Source: Candidatus Heimdallarchaeota archaeon | GTDB lineage: Archaea > Asgardarchaeota > Heimdallarchaeia > Heimdallarchaeales > Heimdallarchaeaceae | Length of the DNA stretch: 23,813 nucleotides | Direction: 5' to 3' | Assembly: GCA_030668875.1 (NCBI GenBank) | Contig: DAOVER010000043.1 | Span: 1-23,813 of the forward strand | Part shown: positions 16,020-23,813 of the stretch, in pieces | Layout of the letters: each line of letters opens with the position of its first letter | Numbering within the stretch: position 1 is the stretch's first letter | Made by a program: the position numbers and the translations under genes | Notes under the pieces: generated by a model | Databases searched by the model: none | What the model saw: the letters and a program-made list of their open reading frames with translations, nothing else | What the model was told of the DNA's origin: nothing

Positions 16020-16129
16020 TTCTCATTAACAGTGATACTAATTCTCACTTCAAATGAGAAACATTTAAATACTTGTCATTCTTATGTTAAGTGAGAACAA
16101 TTCTCATATAAAATGAGAAACGGTGAGAA
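16020..16129. promoter_or_regulatory. Array of four TTCTCA-N7-TGAGAA palindromic operators around a TTTAAATA TATA box
   Basis: Sites at 16020-16038 (TTCTCA ttaacag TGATAC), 16042-16060 (perfect), 16079-16097 (TTCTTA tgttaag TGAGAA) and 16101-16119 (perfect). Extra half-site TGAGAA at 16124-16129. TATA at 16064-16071. Confidence 0.8.
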
Positions 16130-16131
16130 AC

Positions 16132-16236
16132 ATGGTATTAAGTAGAAAGAAACGAGATCAAATCAAAATAGATTGGCGTAAAGAGAGGCTAGCTTCTTTA
16201 GAAAAGTACATCTTATACAAGGGAAGCTTGCTCTAA
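16132..16236 (+). CDS. Unannotated 34-aa basic small ORF (MVLSRKKRDQIKIDWRKERLASLEKYILYKGSLL)
   Basis: SD GGTGA at 16122-16126, ATG at 16132, TAA at 16234-16236. Downstream of the TATA at 16064 and followed by a long T run. Below the ORF track length cut-off. Confidence 0.6.
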   Translation: MVLSRKKRDQIKIDWRKERLASLEKYILYKGSLL

Positions 16237-16265
16237 TTTTTTTCTTTATCAAAATTTAAATTTAG

Positions 16266-17564
16266 GTGGAAATACTGACAGAGAATAAAATAGAAAATGA
16301 AAATGAATCATCTTATAGGGATGTGTTTAAAAATAAGAACTTTGTAAAACTGCTTTCTGGGCAATTATTTAGTAACATTGGAGATGCAGTTTTTAGAGTA
16401 GCGATTGTGCTTTATGTTTACAGTCTTACTGGTTCAGCTGCTCAGATGACATTTGTTTTAGCAGCTCAAACATTACCTTGGATTTTAATAGGTCCAATTT
16501 CAGGGGTTTTAGCAGACAGAATAAGTAGAAAAGCAATAATGGCATCAGCTGATTTTATGAGAGCAATTTCAATTATTGCTATACCCTTTGTCCACTCATT
16601 CTATTTATTGTTACTAATAGCTTTTCTAGATGGTGTGGGTTCTTCAAGCTTCGCAGCTCCAAGATCTGCAGCTATTCCTGAGATTGTTGGGTTGAAGTCC
16701 TATGTAAAAGCAATTAGCATAAGCAGACTCATCTTTCAAACTTTGGCTGTATTAGGACCACTTATGGCTGCTCCAATCTACGTATTCTTTGGACCACCAG
16801 CATTTTGGATAACAAGTGGATGTTATGCTTTATCAGGATTGATAATACTAAGAACAGTAATTCCATCAGCGTCAAGAGAAAAAGAAACTTTGACGATGAA
16901 AACAATATTTAGCGATTTAAGAGAAGGATTAAGCTTTCTTTTTAGACACCCAATAATAAAAGTACTACTAGTATTGTTTGCGTTTGTTGTAATAGGAGCA
17001 ACCTTTGCAGGACCCTTGCTATATCCGTGGATATTCGAAATACGACATGGTGGAAATGTGTTATTAGAACAAATAGCAAATATTGAGTTTGGAATAATAG
17101 GTGCGGTTGTAGCATTTGGAACTGTTGTAGGAACTATCCTCTTTGCAAAATTTGAGAAAAAAATAGGTAGATCTAGAGCAATAATAGCAGGAGTGGTGGG
17201 TTTAGCAATATATTATGTGATATTCATATTTACACCATCAATTTATGTAATCGGTGCCTTTGGTCTAATATCAGGTATACTGGCTGGGATGCATAGCCTT
17301 AGCATCAATGCTTATTTTGCAGAAGAAGTTCCCAATGAAATAAGGGGAAGGGCATATAGTGCTACAAATGCATATGTACAAGTATTTAGTGTGATCTGTT
17401 TATCACTCTCTGGTTTAACATCAGAAGCTATAGGAATAGCAAACACTATGTTAATGGCAAGTGGAATGCTGTTTCTAGGTATAATACTGCTAAGCATAAA
17501 AACAAAATTCTTGAAATTCACCAAACTAAAAACTGTGTCAACTGCTCCTATAGCAGGCGATTAA
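16266..17564 (+). CDS. MFS transporter (DHA3/MefA-like efflux type), ~12 TM
   Basis: FVKLLSGQLFSNIGD, motif A GVLADRISRK, and AYFAEEVPNEIRGRA. Start codon uncertain (GTG 16266, or a nearby downstream codon after the AGGTGG SD-like motif). Confidence 0.92.
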   Translation: MEILTENKIENENESSYRDVFKNKNFVKLLSGQLFSNIGDAVFRVAIVLYVYSLTGSAAQMTFVLAAQTLPWILIGPISGVLADRISRKAIMASADFMRAISIIAIPFVHSFYLLLLIAFLDGVGSSSFAAPRSAAIPEIVGLKSYVKAISISRLIFQTLAVLGPLMAAPIYVFFGPPAFWITSGCYALSGLIILRTVIPSASREKETLTMKTIFSDLREGLSFLFRHPIIKVLLVLFAFVVIGATFAGPLLYPWIFEIRHGGNVLLEQIANIEFGIIGAVVAFGTVVGTILFAKFEKKIGRSRAIIAGVVGLAIYYVIFIFTPSIYVIGAFGLISGILAGMHSLSINAYFAEEVPNEIRGRAYSATNAYVQVFSVICLSLSGLTSEAIGIANTMLMASGMLFLGIILLSIKTKFLKFTKLKTVSTAPIAGD

Positions 17565-17568
17565 ATAC

Positions 17569-17594
17569 GAGTGCTTTGGCACTCCTTCTTTTTT
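17569..17594 (+). terminator. Hairpin plus U-tract terminator
   Basis: GAGTGC-TTTG-GCACTC, a perfect 6-bp stem, followed by CTTCTTTTTT, 4 nt after the MFS stop. Confidence 0.7.
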
Positions 17595-17638
17595 GTTGAC
17601 GAAAAATTAAGAAAGAAATAAAAGTAAAAAGGGTGGAA

Positions 17639-18568
17639 CTATTGTCCCATTAAAGCATTAAGAACAGCCATGACGGTACAAAGTCTGTTCTCAGCTTCAT
17701 CAAAAACAACGCTGTTTTCGCTTTCAAAAATCTCTTCTGTAGCTTCTTTTCCTTTATAGGGAAGACAATGCATAAAAATAAAATCTGATTTAGCATTAGC
17801 ACATAATTCATCTGATACTACATAGTTGCTGAAAGCTGCAAGTTTTTCTTTCTCTTGCTCTTCTTCACCCATTGAAATGAATGTATCAGTTACTACTACA
17901 TCTGCATCCTTTACTGCAAAAGCTGCATCATTTGTTATGACAATCTTTGCACCTGTGTCTTCTGCAAAACCCATAGCCAATTCTACAACATCATTTGAGG
18001 GTTCATATCCTTTAGGTGTTGCAACAGACATGTCAATACCCATCTTTGCGCAGCCAATAAGTAAGGAATTACAAACATTATTTCCATCTCCTGACCATGC
18101 TAGTTTTAATCCAGCTAACCTATCCTTGTGTTCTTCAATGGTTAATAAATCTGCAAGTATCTGTAATGGATGATATTTGTCTGAAAGAGCATTGATAACA
18201 GGAACAGTAGAATATTTTGCTAGCTCCTTAACATCTTCGTGGGCATAAACTCTTGCTAATACACCATCAAGCATTCTTGAAAGCACACGAGCTGTGTCCT
18301 TAATTGTTTCTCCAGCACCTAATTGAATGTCTGAAGAGCTCAAGAAGATTCCATGACCACCTAAGTAATACATGGCGACCTCTGTAGAAACACGAGTCCG
18401 AGTTGATCGTTTTTGGAAAATCATTCCTAGAGTTAAGCCTTTAAGTGGCTTTTCTCGATTATAGGCTTTAAAATCAGCCTTCAATCTTTTAGATTCATCA
18501 AGAAGAAAACGAATTTCTTCTGCCGTAAAATCTTTCAATGAAAGAAGTGACCTACCTTTCAAATTCAT
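17639..18568 (-). CDS. argF: Ornithine carbamoyltransferase
   Basis: FQKRSTRT, HPLQ, DxxxSMG (DTFISMG), MHCLP and AENR motifs. Likely start is ATG 18568; the track uses GTG 18577. Confidence 0.95.
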   Translation of the reverse strand: MNLKGRSLLSLKDFTAEEIRFLLDESKRLKADFKAYNREKPLKGLTLGMIFQKRSTRTRVSTEVAMYYLGGHGIFLSSSDIQLGAGETIKDTARVLSRMLDGVLARVYAHEDVKELAKYSTVPVINALSDKYHPLQILADLLTIEEHKDRLAGLKLAWSGDGNNVCNSLLIGCAKMGIDMSVATPKGYEPSNDVVELAMGFAEDTGAKIVITNDAAFAVKDADVVVTDTFISMGEEEQEKEKLAAFSNYVVSDELCANAKSDFIFMHCLPYKGKEATEEIFESENSVVFDEAENRLCTVMAVLNALMGQ

Positions 18569-18688
18569 AGTTTTCACTGGTCAAAAGTCTCGAAGGAATT
18601 TAAAAAATGTTCGATATGAAGTTCCTATCACATTTTTTGAAAGAAAAAAAGGTTTAAAGAGAACTTCGCGATTGATTAACTGAACAAA

Positions 18689-19081
18689 ATGATTAATTAT
18701 AAGAGACTAATTATTTCAACAGTTATAGGAGCTTTGCTTGGAATTGTTTGTATTATAGGCGTTGGTTTGAGAATTGAGGGAGGTTATCTAGAGAACATAG
18801 TTTATCTGCTGGGGATCTGGATGTCTCGTCTTGTACTAGGTGTGCTGATTGGCTTCGTTGAGGATTTTACTATATTACCTGGTATAGGATGGAGAAAATG
18901 GGTAAATGCAGGTATTAGAGGTATATTCTTTGGTTTATTACTCTCAGTTACAGTGTTATTGTTAGACCCACATTATAGTTATGCTACATTTGCAGCTGGT
19001 ATAGCATATGGGTTAATAACTGACTTAGTAGCCACATTCTTTACAAGGGAAAAAGTAGAAAAAGAAGAAAGGAAAGATTAG
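18689..19081 (+). CDS. Small 4-TM membrane protein, unknown function
   Basis: 130 aa with four Gly-rich hydrophobic segments and a charged C-terminal tail. Confidence 0.8.
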   Translation: MINYKRLIISTVIGALLGIVCIIGVGLRIEGGYLENIVYLLGIWMSRLVLGVLIGFVEDFTILPGIGWRKWVNAGIRGIFFGLLLSVTVLLLDPHYSYATFAAGIAYGLITDLVATFFTREKVEKEERKD

Positions 19082-20283
19082 AAGAAGGTAGGTTCACCTT
19101 CGAAAACTCTCTTGGGAGGTTCCATCTTAGCTGTTTCTGCAGGGGAAAGAATCTCAATTAGATTGTAATTGGAAGAGCCCAAGCCCATCTTCTCAGCAAA
19201 TTGAACTGTTTCATAAGGATCTTTGTAAGGTCCATGAACTCTGGTGAAGGGATGAAGATCAACATCAGAATCAAGGTTGACATGCTTAAAGTATGGTGGG
19301 ATGTTATTTTCGATTAAACCTTCTTTTTTGATCAAGTCTAATGTAGCAGTTTCAATAGCAACAATGTCTTTGCTACCAACAGCACCAATATCATTGACTA
19401 TAGGAAGTTGACCTAGACCCATGCAATCGCAATACGCCGTAATCTGGTTTAGGATGTTGATGTACATCACTTTCTCTGGTTTGAATGTTTCGAGAACTTT
19501 CTGTGTTGCTATGGCCATTATCTCTTGGAAAGAAGTGTAACTTTCACGAGGAAGTTTAACAGCTCCTAAACCACCATCAACTTGTAAACAGGTCATGCAT
19601 TGATGACAATCATGATAATTTCTTCGAAGATTATCTTTTTCTTCATCATAACTTAAGGCACCATATGGACATGATTCTACTAGTTTCTTCGCTAGCTCTG
19701 GTGTACCTTTTGCTTTATCCCAGTATTCATCAATTTCCGCAGCACCATGGATTTTTCTCCATCGAGTTGGACCAGAATAACCACCTAAGGCAAGATTCTT
19801 AATTGCTCCTCCATAACCACAAGCACCATGACCTTTGGCATGAGCGAGATCGACTAAGACGTCGGCATCAATAAGCGCACCAGCTAGGTCTAGAGTATCT
19901 ATCCCTCTGTAGTTAATTTCAACAGGTTTGGTATAACCATCTTTAACTCCAGCAATAGGAATGATGGGACAGCCACATGTTTCAGAGGTGTAACCTCGAT
20001 TTACAGCATTATAAACACTAGTTGGGTTATCTGTAACAAAAGGATAACCTCCAGTTTTCTTGATCGCTTCAACAATTCTTCGCACAAAGAAAACAGGAAT
20101 AGTTTGGTAACCATCATTGAAACCTAAATGCATTTTGACAGCCACCTTATCCTTTTTTTCTATAGGGGTTTCTTCTAGTAAAAGTTCGATAATTTTGTCT
20201 AGTTTGACTGCAAAGGAAGCAAAAGTAGAACTTCTTCCATTCTGAAAAGAACCAAAATAAACTTTAGATTTTTCTGAACTCAT
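19078..20283 (-). CDS. DUF362-type Fe-S protein with a ferredoxin-like insert
   Basis: VAVKMHLG, HAKGHGACGYGGAIKNLALG, CPYGAL, CHQCMTC and YCDC motifs. Confidence 0.85.
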   Translation of the reverse strand: MSSEKSKVYFGSFQNGRSSTFASFAVKLDKIIELLLEETPIEKKDKVAVKMHLGFNDGYQTIPVFFVRRIVEAIKKTGGYPFVTDNPTSVYNAVNRGYTSETCGCPIIPIAGVKDGYTKPVEINYRGIDTLDLAGALIDADVLVDLAHAKGHGACGYGGAIKNLALGGYSGPTRWRKIHGAAEIDEYWDKAKGTPELAKKLVESCPYGALSYDEEKDNLRRNYHDCHQCMTCLQVDGGLGAVKLPRESYTSFQEIMAIATQKVLETFKPEKVMYINILNQITAYCDCMGLGQLPIVNDIGAVGSKDIVAIETATLDLIKKEGLIENNIPPYFKHVNLDSDVDLHPFTRVHGPYKDPYETVQFAEKMGLGSSNYNLIEILSPAETAKMEPPKRVFEGEPTFF

Positions 20284-20381
20284 GAAGTTCGTAAACTATG
20301 ATAAATTAATAAATAATTTGCATAAAACTTTGGTTTCAATGAATAGTTAATATTGAAAAAAGCATCAATTAGTGTGATACT

Positions 20382-21254
20382 ATGTCAAAAGATTCTTGGG
20401 TAAAGGGAAAAATCTGTATGATAACAGGCGCTAATACTGGGATTAGAAAAGAAACTGCAAGACAATTAGCTGCTTTGGATGTTCACGTAATAATGGTTTG
20501 CCGCAACCAAGAAAAAGGAGCACAAGCCAAAGAAGACATAATTCAGACAACTGATAATAAGAACATTGAGCTATTAATCTGTGATTTGGCATCATTAAAA
20601 GATGTGAAACGTTTTGCAGAGAAATTTCTACAAACCCACGCTAATTTACATGTTTTGATAAACAATGCAGGAGTGTTCCACATGAAGAGAACAACTACAC
20701 AAGATGGATATGAAAGCACGTTTGCTGTAAACTATTTAGCGCATTATTATCTAACAGAATTATTACTTCCTCTCCTAAAGAAAAGCTCTCCTTCAAGAAT
20801 TATAAATCTCTCTTCTGACATTCATAGATACTTCAAGATTAAAATGAAAGATCCTCTTTTAGAAAGAAGATACATGGGACAACAGGCTTACAGCAATTCC
20901 AAAACTGCAATGGTTCTGTTCACCAACAAACTTGTAAGAGAATTGGAGGGAACACAAGTAACTGTGAACACTGTAAATCCGGGACATGTAAAAACACAGA
21001 TGACTACCTTAGGACTTTCAAAATTTTTCAGAAAAATGTCTGACCTTATACCAAATCATCGTACAGTTGAGCAGGGTGCAGAAACTTCAGTGTATGTGGC
21101 GTCCTCCAATTATCTAGAGGGAATATCTGGGAAATACTTCACTGATTGTAAAGAATCAAAATCAGCAAAGATGACCAAGGATGCGCATAATCAGGATTTC
21201 TTATGGGAGTTAAGTAAGAGATTGGTAACAGAGGCATTGACTAAACAAGATTAA
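20382..21254 (+). CDS. SDR oxidoreductase (retinol dehydrogenase-like subgroup)
   Basis: TGANTGIR, CDLASL, NNAG, NYLAHY, NLSS, YSNSK and VNPGHV motifs. Confidence 0.9.
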   Translation: MSKDSWVKGKICMITGANTGIRKETARQLAALDVHVIMVCRNQEKGAQAKEDIIQTTDNKNIELLICDLASLKDVKRFAEKFLQTHANLHVLINNAGVFHMKRTTTQDGYESTFAVNYLAHYYLTELLLPLLKKSSPSRIINLSSDIHRYFKIKMKDPLLERRYMGQQAYSNSKTAMVLFTNKLVRELEGTQVTVNTVNPGHVKTQMTTLGLSKFFRKMSDLIPNHRTVEQGAETSVYVASSNYLEGISGKYFTDCKESKSAKMTKDAHNQDFLWELSKRLVTEALTKQD

Positions 21255-21300
21255 TAAGCATCCATTCCAATTTCTATTATAATCAAAACAGGTTATCCGA

Positions 21301-22233
21301 ATGCCTAAGCCTTATAGTGTGATGATGGATGAGATAAACGGTCGGCTCAAAGGGAAAGTAGGGGATGAGCGAGCAAAGGAAATTCGTAAATTGCTGAAAG
21401 AAGTTCAATTTGATGTTGGAGACTATAGGAAAATCAAGGATAAGCTGAAACGAGAGCTAAAAGAAATAGAAACAATGGAACAAGCAAAGAAAGCATCTCG
21501 TAAGAGCGGTCAAACTAAGAAAGAAACCCCTCAATTTGTAGTACTAGGAGCAGCTAACAGTGGGAAGAGTACTCTAATTAACAATCTTACTGGGACAGAT
21601 TTTCTTGTTGCAGATTATCCTTATACTACGACCGAACCACAATATGGTGCACTAAAATATGATAAAGTTAACTTTCAGTTAGTAGAGCTACCAGCAATAT
21701 ACGAAGGATGTTGGGATGGTGACAAATCACATCTATCTATTATCCACTCGACTGACTGCCTTTTGATTCTAGGACGGGCGATGAAAGACTTTGAATTAGT
21801 TCTATCTGAATTAAAAAAGAACAATATACATCTTAGGGATGAAAGGATGGATGATGGCTTTGCTCAAACAAATCCTCGAACAATTCCTGCCTTTCTAGTA
21901 TATGATAAAAAACTGGAGGTCATGCTTTCAACAGGTCTGAAGATGGTATCAAATGAAAATCTTGAACCGATAAAGAAAATGTTGGTTGAGATAACCAAAC
22001 CCAAGAGAATATACACGATGGATTCTTTCAACAAAGTAGAGGATCTTCCAATAGTATTCTTCAAGGATCAACTAACAGTAAAAGATGTTACAAGTAAAAT
22101 AGCAAAAAGGAAAATTGAGATTTTTAAAGACGCAGTGGTACTTGAAGGGGGGCCAAACGGAAGAAGAAAAAGAGTAGGAATAAGCTACGAGTTATCCGAT
22201 AATGATGTTGTACATCTGACATTTCACAAATAG
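21301..22233 (+). CDS. OBG/DRG-family GTPase-like protein with a C-terminal TGS domain and degenerate G3/G4
   Basis: N-terminal helical hairpin; G1 GAANSGKST; G2 DYPYTT; G3 position reads ELPA; TGS-like VGISYELSDNDVVHL. Confidence 0.8.
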   Translation: MPKPYSVMMDEINGRLKGKVGDERAKEIRKLLKEVQFDVGDYRKIKDKLKRELKEIETMEQAKKASRKSGQTKKETPQFVVLGAANSGKSTLINNLTGTDFLVADYPYTTTEPQYGALKYDKVNFQLVELPAIYEGCWDGDKSHLSIIHSTDCLLILGRAMKDFELVLSELKKNNIHLRDERMDDGFAQTNPRTIPAFLVYDKKLEVMLSTGLKMVSNENLEPIKKMLVEITKPKRIYTMDSFNKVEDLPIVFFKDQLTVKDVTSKIAKRKIEIFKDAVVLEGGPNGRRKRVGISYELSDNDVVHLTFHK

Positions 22234-22255
22234 AAGAAAAAGAAAAAAAGAGTTG

Positions 22256-22816
22256 TTAAGATAATTTGGAACCACAGCTCTCGCAGAATTGCATACCTGC
22301 ACTAGCCTTATGACCGCAATAGGGACAGAAGTTAACCTCGCCGGAGGGATAAATAACATCAAGTTGCTTCTGAGGTATAGGTTCTGTAAATTCTGGAGCT
22401 TTTTCATAATTAACTGTTTCACCAAGCATAATCTCACCTGATTCTGTATCATAACGATACTTAACTTGACCAACATTGCGTAAATCAACAAGAACGCGAA
22501 GAACGTTCTTAGGTTTAATTCCAGTTTCTTCAGCTAAAGTTTCAAGCTTAACAGAGCTATCACCACGGTTTTGAACAGCGCGTGAAACGTTGTTACGCAT
22601 TCGACGATCAGAGTCTAGATGACCAACAGCACCAATTATGGTGAAAAAGGCAGGAATGAAAAACCAATAACCCCAAGAAGCTAATCCTATAAAATCTATA
22701 CCGTAGCGTCTAAACACTAGTGATAAAATGCCTATGACAATGAAAACGGTTGCTGTACCAAAAGCAGAATAATCTCCTTTGTAATCTTTTTTAGAATAAT
22801 AACGACCTTGTGACAT
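22256..22816 (-). CDS. Two-TM membrane protein with a winged-helix-like segment and a C-terminal zinc ribbon
   Basis: Two hydrophobic segments; VKLETLAEETGIKPKNVLRVLVDL; CPYCG...FCESCG. Likely start is ATG 22816, with TATA-like TTTAATAA ~30 nt upstream. Confidence 0.8.
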   Translation of the reverse strand: MSQGRYYSKKDYKGDYSAFGTATVFIVIGILSLVFRRYGIDFIGLASWGYWFFIPAFFTIIGAVGHLDSDRRMRNNVSRAVQNRGDSSVKLETLAEETGIKPKNVLRVLVDLRNVGQVKYRYDTESGEIMLGETVNYEKAPEFTEPIPQKQLDVIYPSGEVNFCPYCGHKASAGMQFCESCGSKLS

Positions 22817-22934
22817 AATTCTCAAACTGATTAATACTTGGACTTTATTAAACATTAATATTTGGAAAAAATTTTAATGTTCTTTTCATGTTTATTATTT
22901 AGGGGGAACTGAGGTAGAAGAAGGAGAGAAAAAA

Positions 22935-23602
22935 ATGGATAAGTCCAAAAAGAAAATCCTGATAGGAATAACTGTCATTCAATTGCTTCTTTTTTCAAAC
23001 ATAATCCAAGCAAACGGTGTTATACCTGTTATTGCTTCAAGGATATCTAAGATTAGTGAGATAAAGGTAGATGATGACCTTAGATATTTGCGCCCCAATC
23101 ATACCCTCTTCAGTTTTGATGCTGAAGTAGAAATTCTAAACAGAGATGATGAAAATCAAACAGTAACAGAGGTAGGAGATTTTGACCCCAAAGTCCGTAT
23201 TTGTGCTTCACTTGTTAATCAATCAATAGAAATGATCCAAGAAGTATCTTACTTCACTGGGTGGAACGATTTTACCTATTCCCCAGGTATAACCACAGAA
23301 TATGAACCGATTAGAGTATATATTAATCAATCTGGATTACCCCACCTTCCAGATGGTAACTATACTCTAGATAGACCCATCAATACATCTTTATGTATGG
23401 AGCAGGTGAACCTGCAGAAGTATTACTCACATTTTTCCAAATGATCTCTGGTATCATTAATATTACCTATACTAACTTTACCGTGCTAACACTTCCAGAA
23501 GAAACATCTGCATTCTCAATCCAATTAACAACTATCTTCTTAATTTCAATTGCAATTCTTGTTGTAAGGAGGAAAAAATCAGTTGGTTCTACTCTTTCTT
23601 AG
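22935..23602 (+). pseudogene. Frameshifted secreted surface glycoprotein with a C-terminal TM+RRKK anchor (CTERM-like); pseudogene or sequencing indel
   Basis: ORFs 22935-23444 and 23393-23602 join into a ~222-aa protein if one T is added at the TTT run 23390-23392 (...RPINTS-F-MYGAGEP...). Signal peptide at the N-terminus and SAFSIQLTTIFLISIAILVVRRKK near the C-terminus. Confidence 0.7.
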
Positions 23603-23812
23603 TTTGCTAAATAGTAGAACAATCAGAAATCTCAGACCAATACCAACAATAGAGAAGCCAAGCGTCATTAGAACATAAAGCAAAGAAATGGCAAGATTCT
23701 GCGGTTCCCAAACCTCATCCAAAACCCCCAAATGTATATAGTAAAACACCGCTATTAAATTTATTTCAATATAGAAAAACAATGAATAAAAGGCACCAGA
23801 GATTAAACCATC
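23579..23812 (-). CDS. 3' end of a membrane protein gene entering from the right edge (partial)
   Basis: The frame is open to the window end: DGLISGAFYSLFFYIEINLIAVFYYIHLG...FLIVLLFSKLRKSRTN*. Two hydrophobic segments. The TTG start in the track is not the real start. Confidence 0.7.
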   Translation of the reverse strand, partial: DGLISGAFYSLFFYIEINLIAVFYYIHLGVLDEVWEPQNLAISLLYVLMTLGFSIVGIGLRFLIVLLFSKLRKSRTN

Positions 23813-23813
23813 G

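Noticed and set aside
15970-16026. N-terminal extension of the regulator (MRTLIYSSRF...)
   Set aside because: It spans the probable TATA box and operator 1, so ATG 15969 is the more likely start.
17639-18577. ArgF deviation (ENRLC instead of ENRLH) or a catabolic arc operon
   Set aside because: This position varies among OTCases, all core motifs are intact, and no arginine deiminase or carbamate kinase is adjacent.
18618-18667. GAAGTTC...GAACTTC inverted repeat in the argF divergent region
   Set aside because: Only 7 bp with a 36-nt spacer; plausible by chance.
1210-22491. The many other short antisense or out-of-frame ORFs in the track (e.g. 1210, 1355, 1793, 2978, 6097, 7726, 7763, 8786, 9104, 9375, 11663, 12188, 12833, 13111, 13561, 14809, 14831, 15607, 17312, 17826, 21864, 22192)
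   Set aside because: They lie mostly or wholly within well-supported genes and have no motifs or initiation signals.
1-23813. tRNA, rRNA, SRP or RNase P genes
   Set aside because: No GC-rich structured island or tRNA cloverleaf/T-loop signature was found by eye.

Overview
AT-rich archaeal chromosomal segment, most consistent with an Asgard archaeon of the Heimdallarchaeia type. This is an inference from TATA boxes ~25-30 nt upstream of starts, GGTGA SD motifs, archaeal DtdA, a gelsolin-like candidate and a CTERM-type anchor. Gene order: the 5' part of an unannotated minus-strand gene running off the left edge (TnpB/Cas12f-like N-terminus, not in the ORF track); a 759-aa multi-TM surface glycoprotein; a candidate gelsolin-domain protein with a long repetitive acidic tail; MobA with a C-terminal extension; a NuoE-NuoF-FdhA (HydABC-type) formate dehydrogenase operon; an orphan beta-class DNA methyltransferase; dtdA; an SDR; an M20 peptidase; a divergent wHTH regulator / 34-aa small ORF / MFS exporter module with four TTCTCA-N7-TGAGAA palindromes; argF; a small membrane protein; a DUF362 Fe-S protein; a second SDR; a degenerate DRG-like GTPase; a TM/zinc-ribbon protein; a frameshifted CTERM-anchored surface protein; and the 3' end of a membrane protein gene entering from the right edge. 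No rRNA, tRNA or CRISPR array was seen. All family assignments come from motif recognition by eye; no database searches were run.
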